Positions 1 through 7,278 of a stretch of 64,000 nucleotides of DNA are shown here, piece by piece. The notes under the pieces are model-generated. The model was not told where the DNA came from, searched no databases, and was given only the letters and a program-made list of their open reading frames with translations. The stretch is from Gammaproteobacteria bacterium. GTDB lineage: Bacteria > Pseudomonadota > Gammaproteobacteria > Steroidobacterales > GCA-2729495. Both the position numbers and the translations under genes were made by a program. Every line of letters begins with the position of its first letter. The stretch's first letter is position 1. The stretch lies in assembly GCA_031395645.1 (NCBI GenBank), contig JANNJM010000014.1, positions 2,594 to 66,593 of the forward strand, written 5' to 3'.

Positions 1-187
1 GGATCCCTATTGCCCTGTGCTTGTCGGTAACGCGAACGGACCACAGTTCGCCAATACGCTTGAGGTGCAGCGAAGGATGCCTGGGGTCGGCCTTCAGTAG
101 CCGGAAGCTTTTATCTGCGAGCGCACGAATGTCTGCTGGCAGTTGGTCGTATCGCTCCCAGAACCGCCGTGTGGCAATGTGCCTCAC
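1..187 (-). CDS. RelE/ParE-family toxin, 3' end cut by the window edge
   Basis: Not in the ORF track because it runs off the edge. A minus-strand GTG at 187 overlaps the antitoxin stop (GTGA). The translation MRHIATRRFWERYDQLPADIRALADKSFRLLKADPRHPSLHLKRIGELWSVRVTDKHRAIGI shows the HPSL..K...WS.R pattern of RelE/ParE-type toxins. Confidence 0.6.
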   Translation of the reverse strand, partial: MRHIATRRFWERYDQLPADIRALADKSFRLLKADPRHPSLHLKRIGELWSVRVTDKHRAIGI

Positions 188-384
188 AGGTCGCGGACTC
201 GTCCAGTCCGGAGGTCGCGTAGTCCTTCTGCCACGACATCATCAAGACGCCCAGCCTTCACATCATCTGCAATCTGGCGGTCCCACGCATCCGCGTCGAA
301 CGCATAGAACCAGTCGCGGAAGCGCGCAAAGTCGCTGGCTGGCAGGCGCCGGACCGCATTTTCCAGTTTCTCGATATCAGTCAT
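184..384 (-). CDS. small antitoxin partner of the RelE/ParE-like toxin
   Basis: 66-aa ORF with AGGAGA 8 nt upstream of ATG 384. Its stop overlaps the toxin start. It is a small acidic protein (MTDIEKLENAVRRLPASDFARFRDW...) in the canonical upstream antitoxin position. The family is not resolved. Confidence 0.55.
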   Translation of the reverse strand: MTDIEKLENAVRRLPASDFARFRDWFYAFDADAWDRQIADDVKAGRLDDVVAEGLRDLRTGRVRDL

Positions 385-464
385 CGTGGAGTCTCCTGAC
401 GTGTCCCCTTCAAAGCTTCGTGAATGGCCCCTCGGTTTTCACTTTCCGATTCTGATTGCCTGGC

Positions 465-680
465 TCAGGCCGCCCGAACCTCGACGAGTGCGGCACGCGA
501 GGAGGGCGCCGGAATCTGCTCGCCGTCCTTCAACATGCTCTGGATATGCAGCTCAATCGCTTCTTCAATCAGTGCCAGAACAACCTCGGGCGAGGCGCCG
601 ACTGACACACAGCCGGGAAGGTCGGGAACATAGGCACCAAAGCCTTCCTGACCTTCCTCGATGACTACCAGGTACTTCAT
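465..680 (-). CDS. hicB: HicB-family antitoxin
   Basis: 71 aa. MKYLVVIEEGQEGFGAYVPDLPGCVSVGASPEV... is the typical HicB/UPF0150 N-terminal fold signature. There is a 4-nt overlap with hicA. Confidence 0.8.
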   Translation of the reverse strand: MKYLVVIEEGQEGFGAYVPDLPGCVSVGASPEVVLALIEEAIELHIQSMLKDGEQIPAPSSRAALVEVRAA

Positions 681-877
681 CGCCGTTCCTCTTTCTTCAG
701 GCCCGCCTGTTTGAGTACGCTATTCAAGGTGCCGGGGGTCACTTCAGAGCCAGTATTTCCGGACACAGTGACTGTACCGCGTTTGACCGGATGCTGGTAC
801 TGACGGTGACTGCCTCGCCACCGAGCCAGGCGCCAGTCCTCCTCGTGGAGGATCTTGATCAGGTCGCGAACGCGCAC
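677..877 (-). CDS. hicA: HicA-family mRNA interferase toxin
   Basis: The track ORF 677..955 is trimmed to the internal GTG at 877. The 66-aa product VRVRDLIKILHEEDWRLARWRGSHRQYQHPVKRGTVTVSGN... matches the HicA (YcfA) pattern. It is coupled to hicB. Confidence 0.75.
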   Translation of the reverse strand: MRVRDLIKILHEEDWRLARWRGSHRQYQHPVKRGTVTVSGNTGSEVTPGTLNSVLKQAGLKKEERR

Positions 878-961
878 CCGTCCAGTTTGGGCAGCGCGGC
901 GTGGCGGGCAATTCGAGAAAGTGGTGCCTTCGTCGGGTAATGACCTCGGTCTCACGTCTCT

Positions 962-2038
962 TCAGGGGACACTTCCCCCCGCACACCGGCACTCCGGATC
1001 CGGCGCAATCGCCACCTCGTGAAAGGTCATGGTCAGCGCATCGAAAATCAGTAGCCGCCCGATCAGCGATTCGCCGATGCCGAGGATGAGCTTCAGTGCC
1101 TCGGTGGCCTGGAGCGTGCCAAGGATTCCCGGCAGCACGCCCAGCACGCCGGCTTCCTGGCAGGACGGCGCAAGTTCCGGTGGCGGGGGCGCGGCGAAGA
1201 GACAGCGGTAGCACGGGGCGCCGCCGGCAGAAAAGGTTGTGAGCTGGCCTTCGAAACCCAGGATCGACGCGTGCACCACCGGCGTGCGCAACTGCAGGGC
1301 TACATCGTTGATCAGGTACCGGGTGCTGAAGTTGTCGCAGGCGTCGACGATGACATCGTAGCCCTGGAGCAATGCCTCGGCGTTGGCCGCGGTCAGCCGC
1401 TCGTGGTGCGTCGTCACGCGCACGTCGGGATTGAGTGCCGCAAGGGTGGTGGCGGCACTGTCGACTTTCGGGGAGCCGATCCGGTCGGTCGTGTGCAGCA
1501 CCTGCCGGTGCAGATTGGAGAGCTCCACCACGTCGCTGTCCACGATGCCGAGGGTGCCGATGCCGGCGGCGGCGAGATACAGCGCGACGGGCGAGCCCAG
1601 GCCGCCGGCCCCGACACACAGGACGCGTGCTTTGCGGAGGCGCTCCTGGCCCGCGACGCCGATCTCTGCGAGACGGATGTGCCGCGAGTAACGCTCCAGT
1701 TGCGTGGTGCTCAGCGTGCCTGCGGGTGGTGCCACCCAGGGCAGACCGGCGGCCTTCCAGGCCAGGAAGCCACCGGCCAGGGACTGCGCTTCGATACCGT
1801 CCGCGCGCAATCTCGCCACGGCGAGTCGCGAGCGCTTGCCGGAGGCGCAGTAAACGATGACCCGGCGTTGCAGCCCGGCGACCGCCTGCAATAGAGAGTC
1901 CGGGGACACGCAACGGGCACCATTGATGATCCCGGACGCCGTTTCGTCGGCTTCCCGGACGTCGATCAGCAGCGGGCGGGACGGAAGCGCTGCCGCCAGT
2001 TCGGCAAGCTGGATCTCGTCTGGCAACTCCGTAGACAA
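962..2038 (-). CDS. rhodanese-domain::MoeB/ThiF-type E1-like adenylyltransferase/sulfurtransferase
   Basis: 358 aa with a TTG start 6 nt after the carrier-gene stop. The N-terminal rhodanese module has the active-site loop VYCASGKRS. The C-terminal E1 module has GAGGLGSP, CYRC and the PSCQEAGVLGV catalytic-Cys loop, as in MoeB/ThiF/MoeZ. Confidence 0.85.
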   Translation of the reverse strand: MSTELPDEIQLAELAAALPSRPLLIDVREADETASGIINGARCVSPDSLLQAVAGLQRRVIVYCASGKRSRLAVARLRADGIEAQSLAGGFLAWKAAGLPWVAPPAGTLSTTQLERYSRHIRLAEIGVAGQERLRKARVLCVGAGGLGSPVALYLAAAGIGTLGIVDSDVVELSNLHRQVLHTTDRIGSPKVDSAATTLAALNPDVRVTTHHERLTAANAEALLQGYDVIVDACDNFSTRYLINDVALQLRTPVVHASILGFEGQLTTFSAGGAPCYRCLFAAPPPPELAPSCQEAGVLGVLPGILGTLQATEALKLILGIGESLIGRLLIFDALTMTFHEVAIAPDPECRCAGGSVP

Positions 2039-2044
2039 CTGGCG

Positions 2045-2311
2045 CTAGCCGCCGCTGAGCGCCTGGACGATGTGCACGGTGTCAGCCGGGCCCAGCGACC
2101 GCTCGAGCTCAGACACCTGGGCGCCATTGATAAAGATTCGCATGTGGGGTCGCACGTGATCCTGCTCGTCCACCATCCGGAAGCGGATGCCCGGGTACTG
2201 ACGGTCCAGGTCCAGCAGCACCGCGCCGAGTGTCTGGCCCGCCGCTTCCACCTGCCGTTGCCTCGTGTAAGACAGGAGCGGACCGGGAATCAGTACTTTG
2301 CTGCCGCCCAT
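2045..2311 (-). CDS. MoaD/ThiS/CysO-like ubiquitin-fold sulfur-carrier protein ending in Gly-Gly
   Basis: 88 aa from ATG 2311 with AGGA just upstream. The 163-aa track ORF is an upstream extension. It ends ...GPADTVHIVQALSGG followed directly by the stop, and the overall pattern resembles CysO/MoaD. Confidence 0.8.
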   Translation of the reverse strand: MGGSKVLIPGPLLSYTRQRQVEAAGQTLGAVLLDLDRQYPGIRFRMVDEQDHVRPHMRIFINGAQVSELERSLGPADTVHIVQALSGG

Positions 2312-2325
2312 TCCTGACAATCCAG

Positions 2326-3474
2326 CTAGCGCTCCGCCACTTCCACGGAGTAGATCTCCGGCAGGTGCCGGACGATGCCCGCCCATTTCCTGCCTTCGTC
2401 CCGGCTCAGCCACAACTCGCCACTGGTCGTGCCGAAGTACAGTCCGACCGACGCTTGCGTGTCGCACGTCATGGCCTGGCGCTTGACGGTCCAGAAGGCC
2501 TGGGTCTTCGGCATGCCCACAGCCTGCCGCTGCCACTTGGTGCCGCCGTTGCGAGTGACGAAGACGGCAGGCTTGCCGGCAGGCGCCGTGCGCGGCCAGA
2601 CCATCGTGCCGTCCATCGGCATGACCCAGGCGACGTTTTCGTCACGCGGATGGACAACCATCGGGAAGCCCACGTCGCCGACTTTCTTCGGCATGTTGTC
2701 ACCGATCCTCAGCCAGATTGTCGCGGGGCGGTCGAGGCGATAGATGCCACAGTGGTTCTGCTGGTAGAGGCGGTCCGGGTTGCTAGGGCAGAGGCGGACA
2801 CAGTGGGGATCGTGGCAGCTGATCACGGCGGGATCCAGACCGTCGACGACCGCCATGCCATCGACCAGCACGGACCAGCTCCGCCCGCCGTCGCGGGATT
2901 CGTGCACGCCGCCGCTCGACATGGCCATGTACATGTGGGCGGCGTCCCGCGGATCGATGAGTATGGAATGTAGCTTCGGCCCGTCCGGCGTGCCGTCCTG
3001 CTCGCCGCCCATCCAGCCGCGGTATTGCGCGTTATCGTGCAGGCCGGGCAGCAGTTGCCACGTATCGCCGCCATCGTCGGTCCGGAAGATGGCCTGGGGC
3101 GACGTGCCGGCGAACCACACACCCGGCTGCGAGTGATGGCCCGGTGTCAGCCAGAAGGTGTGCTTCACGGTCCGACCCGGCAGGCCGTTGGCGTCGAGCT
3201 GGCCGGCTGGCAGCTTCGGGAACGCCGGCGGTTGCGTTGCTTCCCGCCAGTTCTTGCCACGGTCGGCAGAGCGGAAGATGGTGGGTCCGAGGTGGCCCGT
3301 GCTGACCGCCGCAATCAGCGTTTTGCCGTCGCGGGGGTCCATCACCAGATGGTGGATGATAGACCCAAGAAAATGCGGGCCATCGACGCGCCAACTTCGC
3401 CGGGCGCTATCGCCATGGAAGAGCCAGGCACCCTTCCGGGTGCCCACCAAAACAGTGATTTTCCGGGTCTTCAT
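2326..3474 (-). CDS. cytoplasmic BNR/Asp-box repeat beta-propeller protein (function unknown)
   Basis: 382 aa. ATG 3474 overlaps the PLP-gene stop (ATGA). It has five Asp-box motifs (SADRGKNW, TDDGGDTW, SRDGGRSW, TRNGGTKW, SRDEGRKW) and no signal peptide. Confidence 0.8.
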   Translation of the reverse strand: MKTRKITVLVGTRKGAWLFHGDSARRSWRVDGPHFLGSIIHHLVMDPRDGKTLIAAVSTGHLGPTIFRSADRGKNWREATQPPAFPKLPAGQLDANGLPGRTVKHTFWLTPGHHSQPGVWFAGTSPQAIFRTDDGGDTWQLLPGLHDNAQYRGWMGGEQDGTPDGPKLHSILIDPRDAAHMYMAMSSGGVHESRDGGRSWSVLVDGMAVVDGLDPAVISCHDPHCVRLCPSNPDRLYQQNHCGIYRLDRPATIWLRIGDNMPKKVGDVGFPMVVHPRDENVAWVMPMDGTMVWPRTAPAGKPAVFVTRNGGTKWQRQAVGMPKTQAFWTVKRQAMTCDTQASVGLYFGTTSGELWLSRDEGRKWAGIVRHLPEIYSVEVAER

Positions 3475-4757
3475 GCAGGAACCGCCTGGAGTGCCTGCTC
3501 CAAGTCTGCAACAAGATCGTCCGCATCCTCAATACCGATCGAGATGCGGATGAGGGCGGGCGTGATCGAGAAGCGCTTGAGTTCCTCGACGGGCATGCCT
3601 GAATGCGTCATGGAGGCGGGGTGCGAGGCGAGCGTTTCGGTACCACCGAGACTGACGGCGAGTTTGATTACCTCCAACTGGTCGAGCAGCGCGAAGGCGC
3701 CGCGTTCGCCGCCCTTCACCTCGAAGGAGAACGTGGAACCGGCGCTCGTGTTCTGCCGCTCGTGAAGTGCGCGATCGGGATGGTCGGCCGGTAGAAAATC
3801 CAGGTACCAGACGTTTTCGATCTTCGGGTGATCGCGCAGGTAGAGCGCCACCGTGCGCGCACCCAATGCGCTTGCCTCCATGCGCAGCTTCAGCGTTTCG
3901 AGCGAGCGCATCAGCAGCCAGGCCGTGTGTGGATCGCACATGGTGCCGAGCGTCGAGCGCATGCGACGCACGGGCGCGAGCATGATGCCGGCACCGGAGG
4001 CGCCGCCGGCGATGAGGTCCGAGTGGCCGCCCACGTACTTGGTGAGCGAGGTGACCACGAGGTCGGCGCCATGCCGAATCGGACTGCAGAACACAGGGCC
4101 GAGCATGGTGTTGTCCACGATCACGGGCGGGCGCCTGCCGTCGACGGCCAGTTCATCCGAGATCGCGCGCGCGGCGGCAATGTCGACGAGGCCGTTGGTA
4201 GGGTTGGCGGGTGTTTCCACGTAGATTGCGCCGATCCGGCCGACGGATTTTGCCTTCTTTGCAGCGGCGCGCATCGCGGCGACGCCGGCTTCGACCTCGA
4301 AACCGACCTGGGAGACGCCGAATTCCGGGAGGACGGAATGGATCAGGGTTTCCGTGCCGCCGTAAATGGGCTGGCTCTGCAACACCACGTCGCCGGGGCG
4401 CAGGTAGGCCCACAGGCAGGTGGAAATCGCCGCCATGCCCGACGCGAAGGCCAGACTGGCCTCTGCTTCGTCCCACAGCGCGAGTCTGTCTTCCAGCACC
4501 TCGAGATTCGGATTATTGAAACGCGAATAGACGAGGCCGGGTTCCTCATCCGGGCCGAGCTTGCGGCGGCCCTGGATCGTTGCAAAAAACTTCTTGCCGT
4601 CCTCTGCCGACTTGAACACGAAGGTTGAGGTCTGGAATTGCGGCGGCTTCAGCGAACCCTCAGACAGCATGGGATCGTAGCCATAGCCCATCATCAGCGT
4701 CTCGGGCTTCAGCTTGCGCGTGCCGATCGTGCGCTTGCGCCAGGATTTGTCAGCCAT
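3471..4757 (-). CDS. Cys/Met-metabolism PLP-dependent enzyme (MetB/MetY/MetZ/MGL family)
   Basis: 428 aa from ATG 4757 with GGAGG 6 nt upstream; the track ORF extends to 4820. It carries the SLTKYVGGHSD PLP-lysine motif and NPTNGL, typical of the trans-sulfuration family. Confidence 0.85.
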   Translation of the reverse strand: MADKSWRKRTIGTRKLKPETLMMGYGYDPMLSEGSLKPPQFQTSTFVFKSAEDGKKFFATIQGRRKLGPDEEPGLVYSRFNNPNLEVLEDRLALWDEAEASLAFASGMAAISTCLWAYLRPGDVVLQSQPIYGGTETLIHSVLPEFGVSQVGFEVEAGVAAMRAAAKKAKSVGRIGAIYVETPANPTNGLVDIAAARAISDELAVDGRRPPVIVDNTMLGPVFCSPIRHGADLVVTSLTKYVGGHSDLIAGGASGAGIMLAPVRRMRSTLGTMCDPHTAWLLMRSLETLKLRMEASALGARTVALYLRDHPKIENVWYLDFLPADHPDRALHERQNTSAGSTFSFEVKGGERGAFALLDQLEVIKLAVSLGGTETLASHPASMTHSGMPVEELKRFSITPALIRISIGIEDADDLVADLEQALQAVPA

Positions 4758-4777
4758 GCCGGCCTCCGCGTGCGTTG

Positions 4778-4828
4778 CCCGCAGCTTGCGCCAGCGTCGG
4801 TCGGTGACGCAAGGGCGCAAGCTGCGGG
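4778..4828. promoter_or_regulatory. 15-bp perfect inverted repeat (stem-loop) between the urcA stop and the PLP-operon start
   Basis: CCCGCAGCTTGCGCC (4778-4792) is the exact reverse complement of GGCGCAAGCTGCGGG (4814-4828), with a 21-nt loop. No U-tract follows on either strand. Confidence 0.5.
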
Positions 4829-4858
4829 GTCACGCGGCGGCCGGAGCAGGCTCCTCTG

Positions 4859-5200
4859 CTAGCCGGCCCGACTGCGTATCGATCGCGCGTCCTTTATGGC
4901 TGCCAGCCGGGGAATACCGGCCGCGGCTACGGCGCGCGCGACGGACGCATCCTGGCAGGCGCGCACGATCTGCAACCGTGCCAGATCACGGATCCCGACA
5001 GATGGGCACACCCTGCTGGCGGCGCGGACGATACGGTTGTACAAGGCGAGGGCACCCGCCTCGGTCTCGACGTTGAGGTCACCGTAGCGGACGACGACCT
5101 GCGGAACCTGGTCGTGCTTGGGGGCGGCGCCGGCGTGAGCGGGCAGTGTGCTGATGGCCGTAAGCAGCGCTAAGGCCAGTACGGTAGCTGAAGTGTGCAT
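4859..5200 (-). CDS. UrcA-family periplasmic protein
   Basis: 113 aa from ATG 5200 with AGGAGA upstream. A signal peptide is followed by VRYGDLNVETEAGALALYNRIVRAASRVC, the characteristic UrcA core. Confidence 0.6.
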   Translation of the reverse strand: MHTSATVLALALLTAISTLPAHAGAAPKHDQVPQVVVRYGDLNVETEAGALALYNRIVRAASRVCPSVGIRDLARLQIVRACQDASVARAVAAAGIPRLAAIKDARSIRSRAG

Positions 5201-5356
5201 GGTGGTCTCCTGTAGCTGAGTGATGTGACGACGGGCATATAAGACTCCCAGGGAACCCTGCACCGCGACGGGCCGTCTACGTATTCGTCCCCGCTGCCAA
5301 CGAGTTGGTACCGGCCCACCCCGACCAGCGAGCCAATTGCGCTACCCTTGAGTCCC

Positions 5357-6487
5357 ATGAAGAAGCACCTGGGTACGAGCGGTCTTGAGCCAAGGCCGTT
5401 TCTCGCCATCGCCTGCCTGTTCTGGCTCTACGCGACCCTGTCGGCCGTGCTCTACACCTATGGATTGAGTGTCACCTTTTCAGAACTGACCGACGAGCCG
5501 CTCTTCGCCGCGTGGCCGATGCGCGTTGCGCAGTACTTGCTACTCCTGCCGCCGTTGCTTGGCTGCTATGGGCTTTCGCTGCGTCTCGGGTGGCAGCCCG
5601 TCGGTCGAACACTGCCGCTGCAGATTGGCCTGGGGGTGGTGTTCGCCCTGCTGGCGCGTCCGGCTCTGGCTGTAGCCATGATGCTGTTCGGAGCCCCCGA
5701 CGAGCACGACAATTCGGATCTCGATGAGAGCCTCAACTGGATCGGCCCTGAGCTCTTCACGGCGTGGCTGGCGAGCTTCACTGATTTCCTCGTGCGCTAC
5801 GGCTTTGGCCTGGCACTGCTGAATAGTTTCGCCGGTTACAAGCGGCTTCGGGACGCCGAGCTGCGGGTGACCGCTCTCGAACAGCAATGGGGCAGCGCCC
5901 GGCTGGCAGCGCTGCGTCAGCAGCTTTCGCCACACACGCTGTTCAACCTGCTGCACACGATTCGCGGTCAGATCACCTGGGACCCGCCAGCCGCACAGGC
6001 GATGGTCGTGCAGCTGGCCGATCTGCTGCGCCGCCTGCTCAACGCCGGTGAGCGGGAGTTCTCAACGCTGGCCGACGAATTGCAGTTTGTTCGCCTGTAT
6101 CTGGAGCTGCAGTGCCAGCGGTTTGCGGACCGGTGCAGCTTTGAACTGCCAGATCCGCAGTCCGTGCCGGCGGCCTGGGTCCCCAGCCTGATCCTCCAGC
6201 CCCTCGTGGAGAACGCGGTGACGCACGGGCTTGCGGGGCACGACGGACCCGTGCAGGTCGGGGTGACGGCCAGGGTCGAGGGCGACGTTCTGCGGCTCAC
6301 TATCACGAACCAGACCGCGGGCCGGGATTCCGGCGGGGCAGAGGGCATTGGCCTGCGCAATGTGCGGGAACGGCTGGCGGTGCAATACGGTGACCGCGCA
6401 AGTTTCACTGCCGGGCCGCAGGCGCCCGGTCGCTGGGTTGCCGAACTTGAACTGCCCCTGCTGCGAGACCCGCCGCAGTCCGCATGA
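5357..6487 (+). CDS. LytS/YehU-type sensor histidine kinase
   Basis: It has a multi-TM N-terminus, the His_kinase motif LRQQLSPHTLFNLLHTIRG, and an HATPase region (ILQPLVENAVTHG, GIGLRNVRERL). ATG 5357 is preferred over TTG 5348. Confidence 0.85.
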   Translation: MKKHLGTSGLEPRPFLAIACLFWLYATLSAVLYTYGLSVTFSELTDEPLFAAWPMRVAQYLLLLPPLLGCYGLSLRLGWQPVGRTLPLQIGLGVVFALLARPALAVAMMLFGAPDEHDNSDLDESLNWIGPELFTAWLASFTDFLVRYGFGLALLNSFAGYKRLRDAELRVTALEQQWGSARLAALRQQLSPHTLFNLLHTIRGQITWDPPAAQAMVVQLADLLRRLLNAGEREFSTLADELQFVRLYLELQCQRFADRCSFELPDPQSVPAAWVPSLILQPLVENAVTHGLAGHDGPVQVGVTARVEGDVLRLTITNQTAGRDSGGAEGIGLRNVRERLAVQYGDRASFTAGPQAPGRWVAELELPLLRDPPQSA

Positions 6488-7269
6488 GACCGATGCGGGT
6501 CATTATCGTCGACGACGAGCCCGCCGGCCGGCGCACCCTGCGGGAGTGCTGCGCACTGCATCCTGATCTGGAGGTGATTGGTGAGTATGCGGATCCACGC
6601 CTGGCCCTGGCAGCGATTCGGGACGCTTCGCCCCAGTTGCTGTTCCTGGACATCAGGATGGACACCATGACCGGTATCGAACTCGCCCGGTCACTGGATC
6701 CGGCCACGTTGCCGCTGATCGTGTTCGTCACCGCCTACGATCACTACGCTCTCGAGGCCTTCGAGGTGAGCGCTACGGACTACCTGCTGAAACCGTTCGA
6801 CGACGAGCGCTTCGGTGGGATGCTCGAGCGTGTTCGCAGGCGCCATGGCGCCGAGACCGCTGCGGAGCGGGCCGCTGCCCTGGAGGCCCTCGTCGTACGG
6901 CTGGAGAGCGGGACGCGAGCGGTTGCGGCGGGGAGTCAGCGGCTGATCGCTGAGGCCTATGGCCGCCAGCACGTGCTTGATCCGGCGCTGATCGAAGTGG
7001 TGGAGGCCGATCGCAACTACGTCAGGATCCGGATCGGAGCGGAAACCTACCACGCCCGCAGCACGCTGCAGCAGGCCGAGCAGATTCTTCAGACTCAGCC
7101 CATGCTGAAGGTCAGTCGCTCATGCCTCGTCAGCATGAATCACGTTCGGGAATTGAGCCGCACCCCGCGGGGTGACTTCATTCTCGTGCTCGCCGGCGGC
7201 GCCACCGTGACGAGCAGCGAGGGCTTTCGCGACCGCGTGCGGGCTTATCTCGAGCAGATGAAGCTGTAG
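6484..7269 (+). CDS. LytTR/AlgR-family response regulator
   Basis: 261 aa. The ATGA overlaps the kinase stop. The receiver domain (VIIVDDE...LFLDIRMD...) is followed by a C-terminal LytTR DNA-binding domain (VEADRNYVRIRIGAETYHARSTL). Confidence 0.85.
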   Translation: MRPMRVIIVDDEPAGRRTLRECCALHPDLEVIGEYADPRLALAAIRDASPQLLFLDIRMDTMTGIELARSLDPATLPLIVFVTAYDHYALEAFEVSATDYLLKPFDDERFGGMLERVRRRHGAETAAERAAALEALVVRLESGTRAVAAGSQRLIAEAYGRQHVLDPALIEVVEADRNYVRIRIGAETYHARSTLQQAEQILQTQPMLKVSRSCLVSMNHVRELSRTPRGDFILVLAGGATVTSSEGFRDRVRAYLEQMKL

Positions 7270-7278
7270 GCGCAACGC

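Noticed and set aside
1-6. GGATCC at position 1 as evidence of a BamHI cloning boundary or vector junction.
   Set aside because: GGATCC also occurs repeatedly inside the window (for example near 993, 6590 and 7025). The reading frame of the RelE/ParE-like toxin simply continues to the edge. There is no vector-like sequence.
744-1913. Long antisense or out-of-frame track ORFs. Examples: 744-1913, 2230-2973, 3828-4628, 13644-14972, 23928-25283, 26435-27745, 35511-37082, 37405-38538, 41064-42155, 44944-46308 and 60638-62440.
   Set aside because: They are Arg/Pro/Gly/Ala-rich, low-complexity translations typical of shadow frames in about 65% GC DNA. Each fully overlaps a gene with clear family motifs on the other strand or frame. 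None has RBS or start context or recognisable motifs.
2326-3474. Calling the BNR-repeat ORF an exo-alpha-sialidase or glycosyl hydrolase.
   Set aside because: Asp-boxes are structural repeats found in many non-glycosidase propellers. The protein has no signal peptide and sits translationally coupled inside a sulfur-carrier operon. I could not identify sialidase catalytic residues by eye, so I make only a fold-level call.
4757-4860. A SAM or other riboswitch in the leader of the PLP/sulfur-carrier operon.
   Set aside because: Apart from the 15-bp stem I could not match the leader to SAM-I, SAM-II or SAM/SAH consensus features by eye. This needs an Infernal/Rfam scan before any claim.
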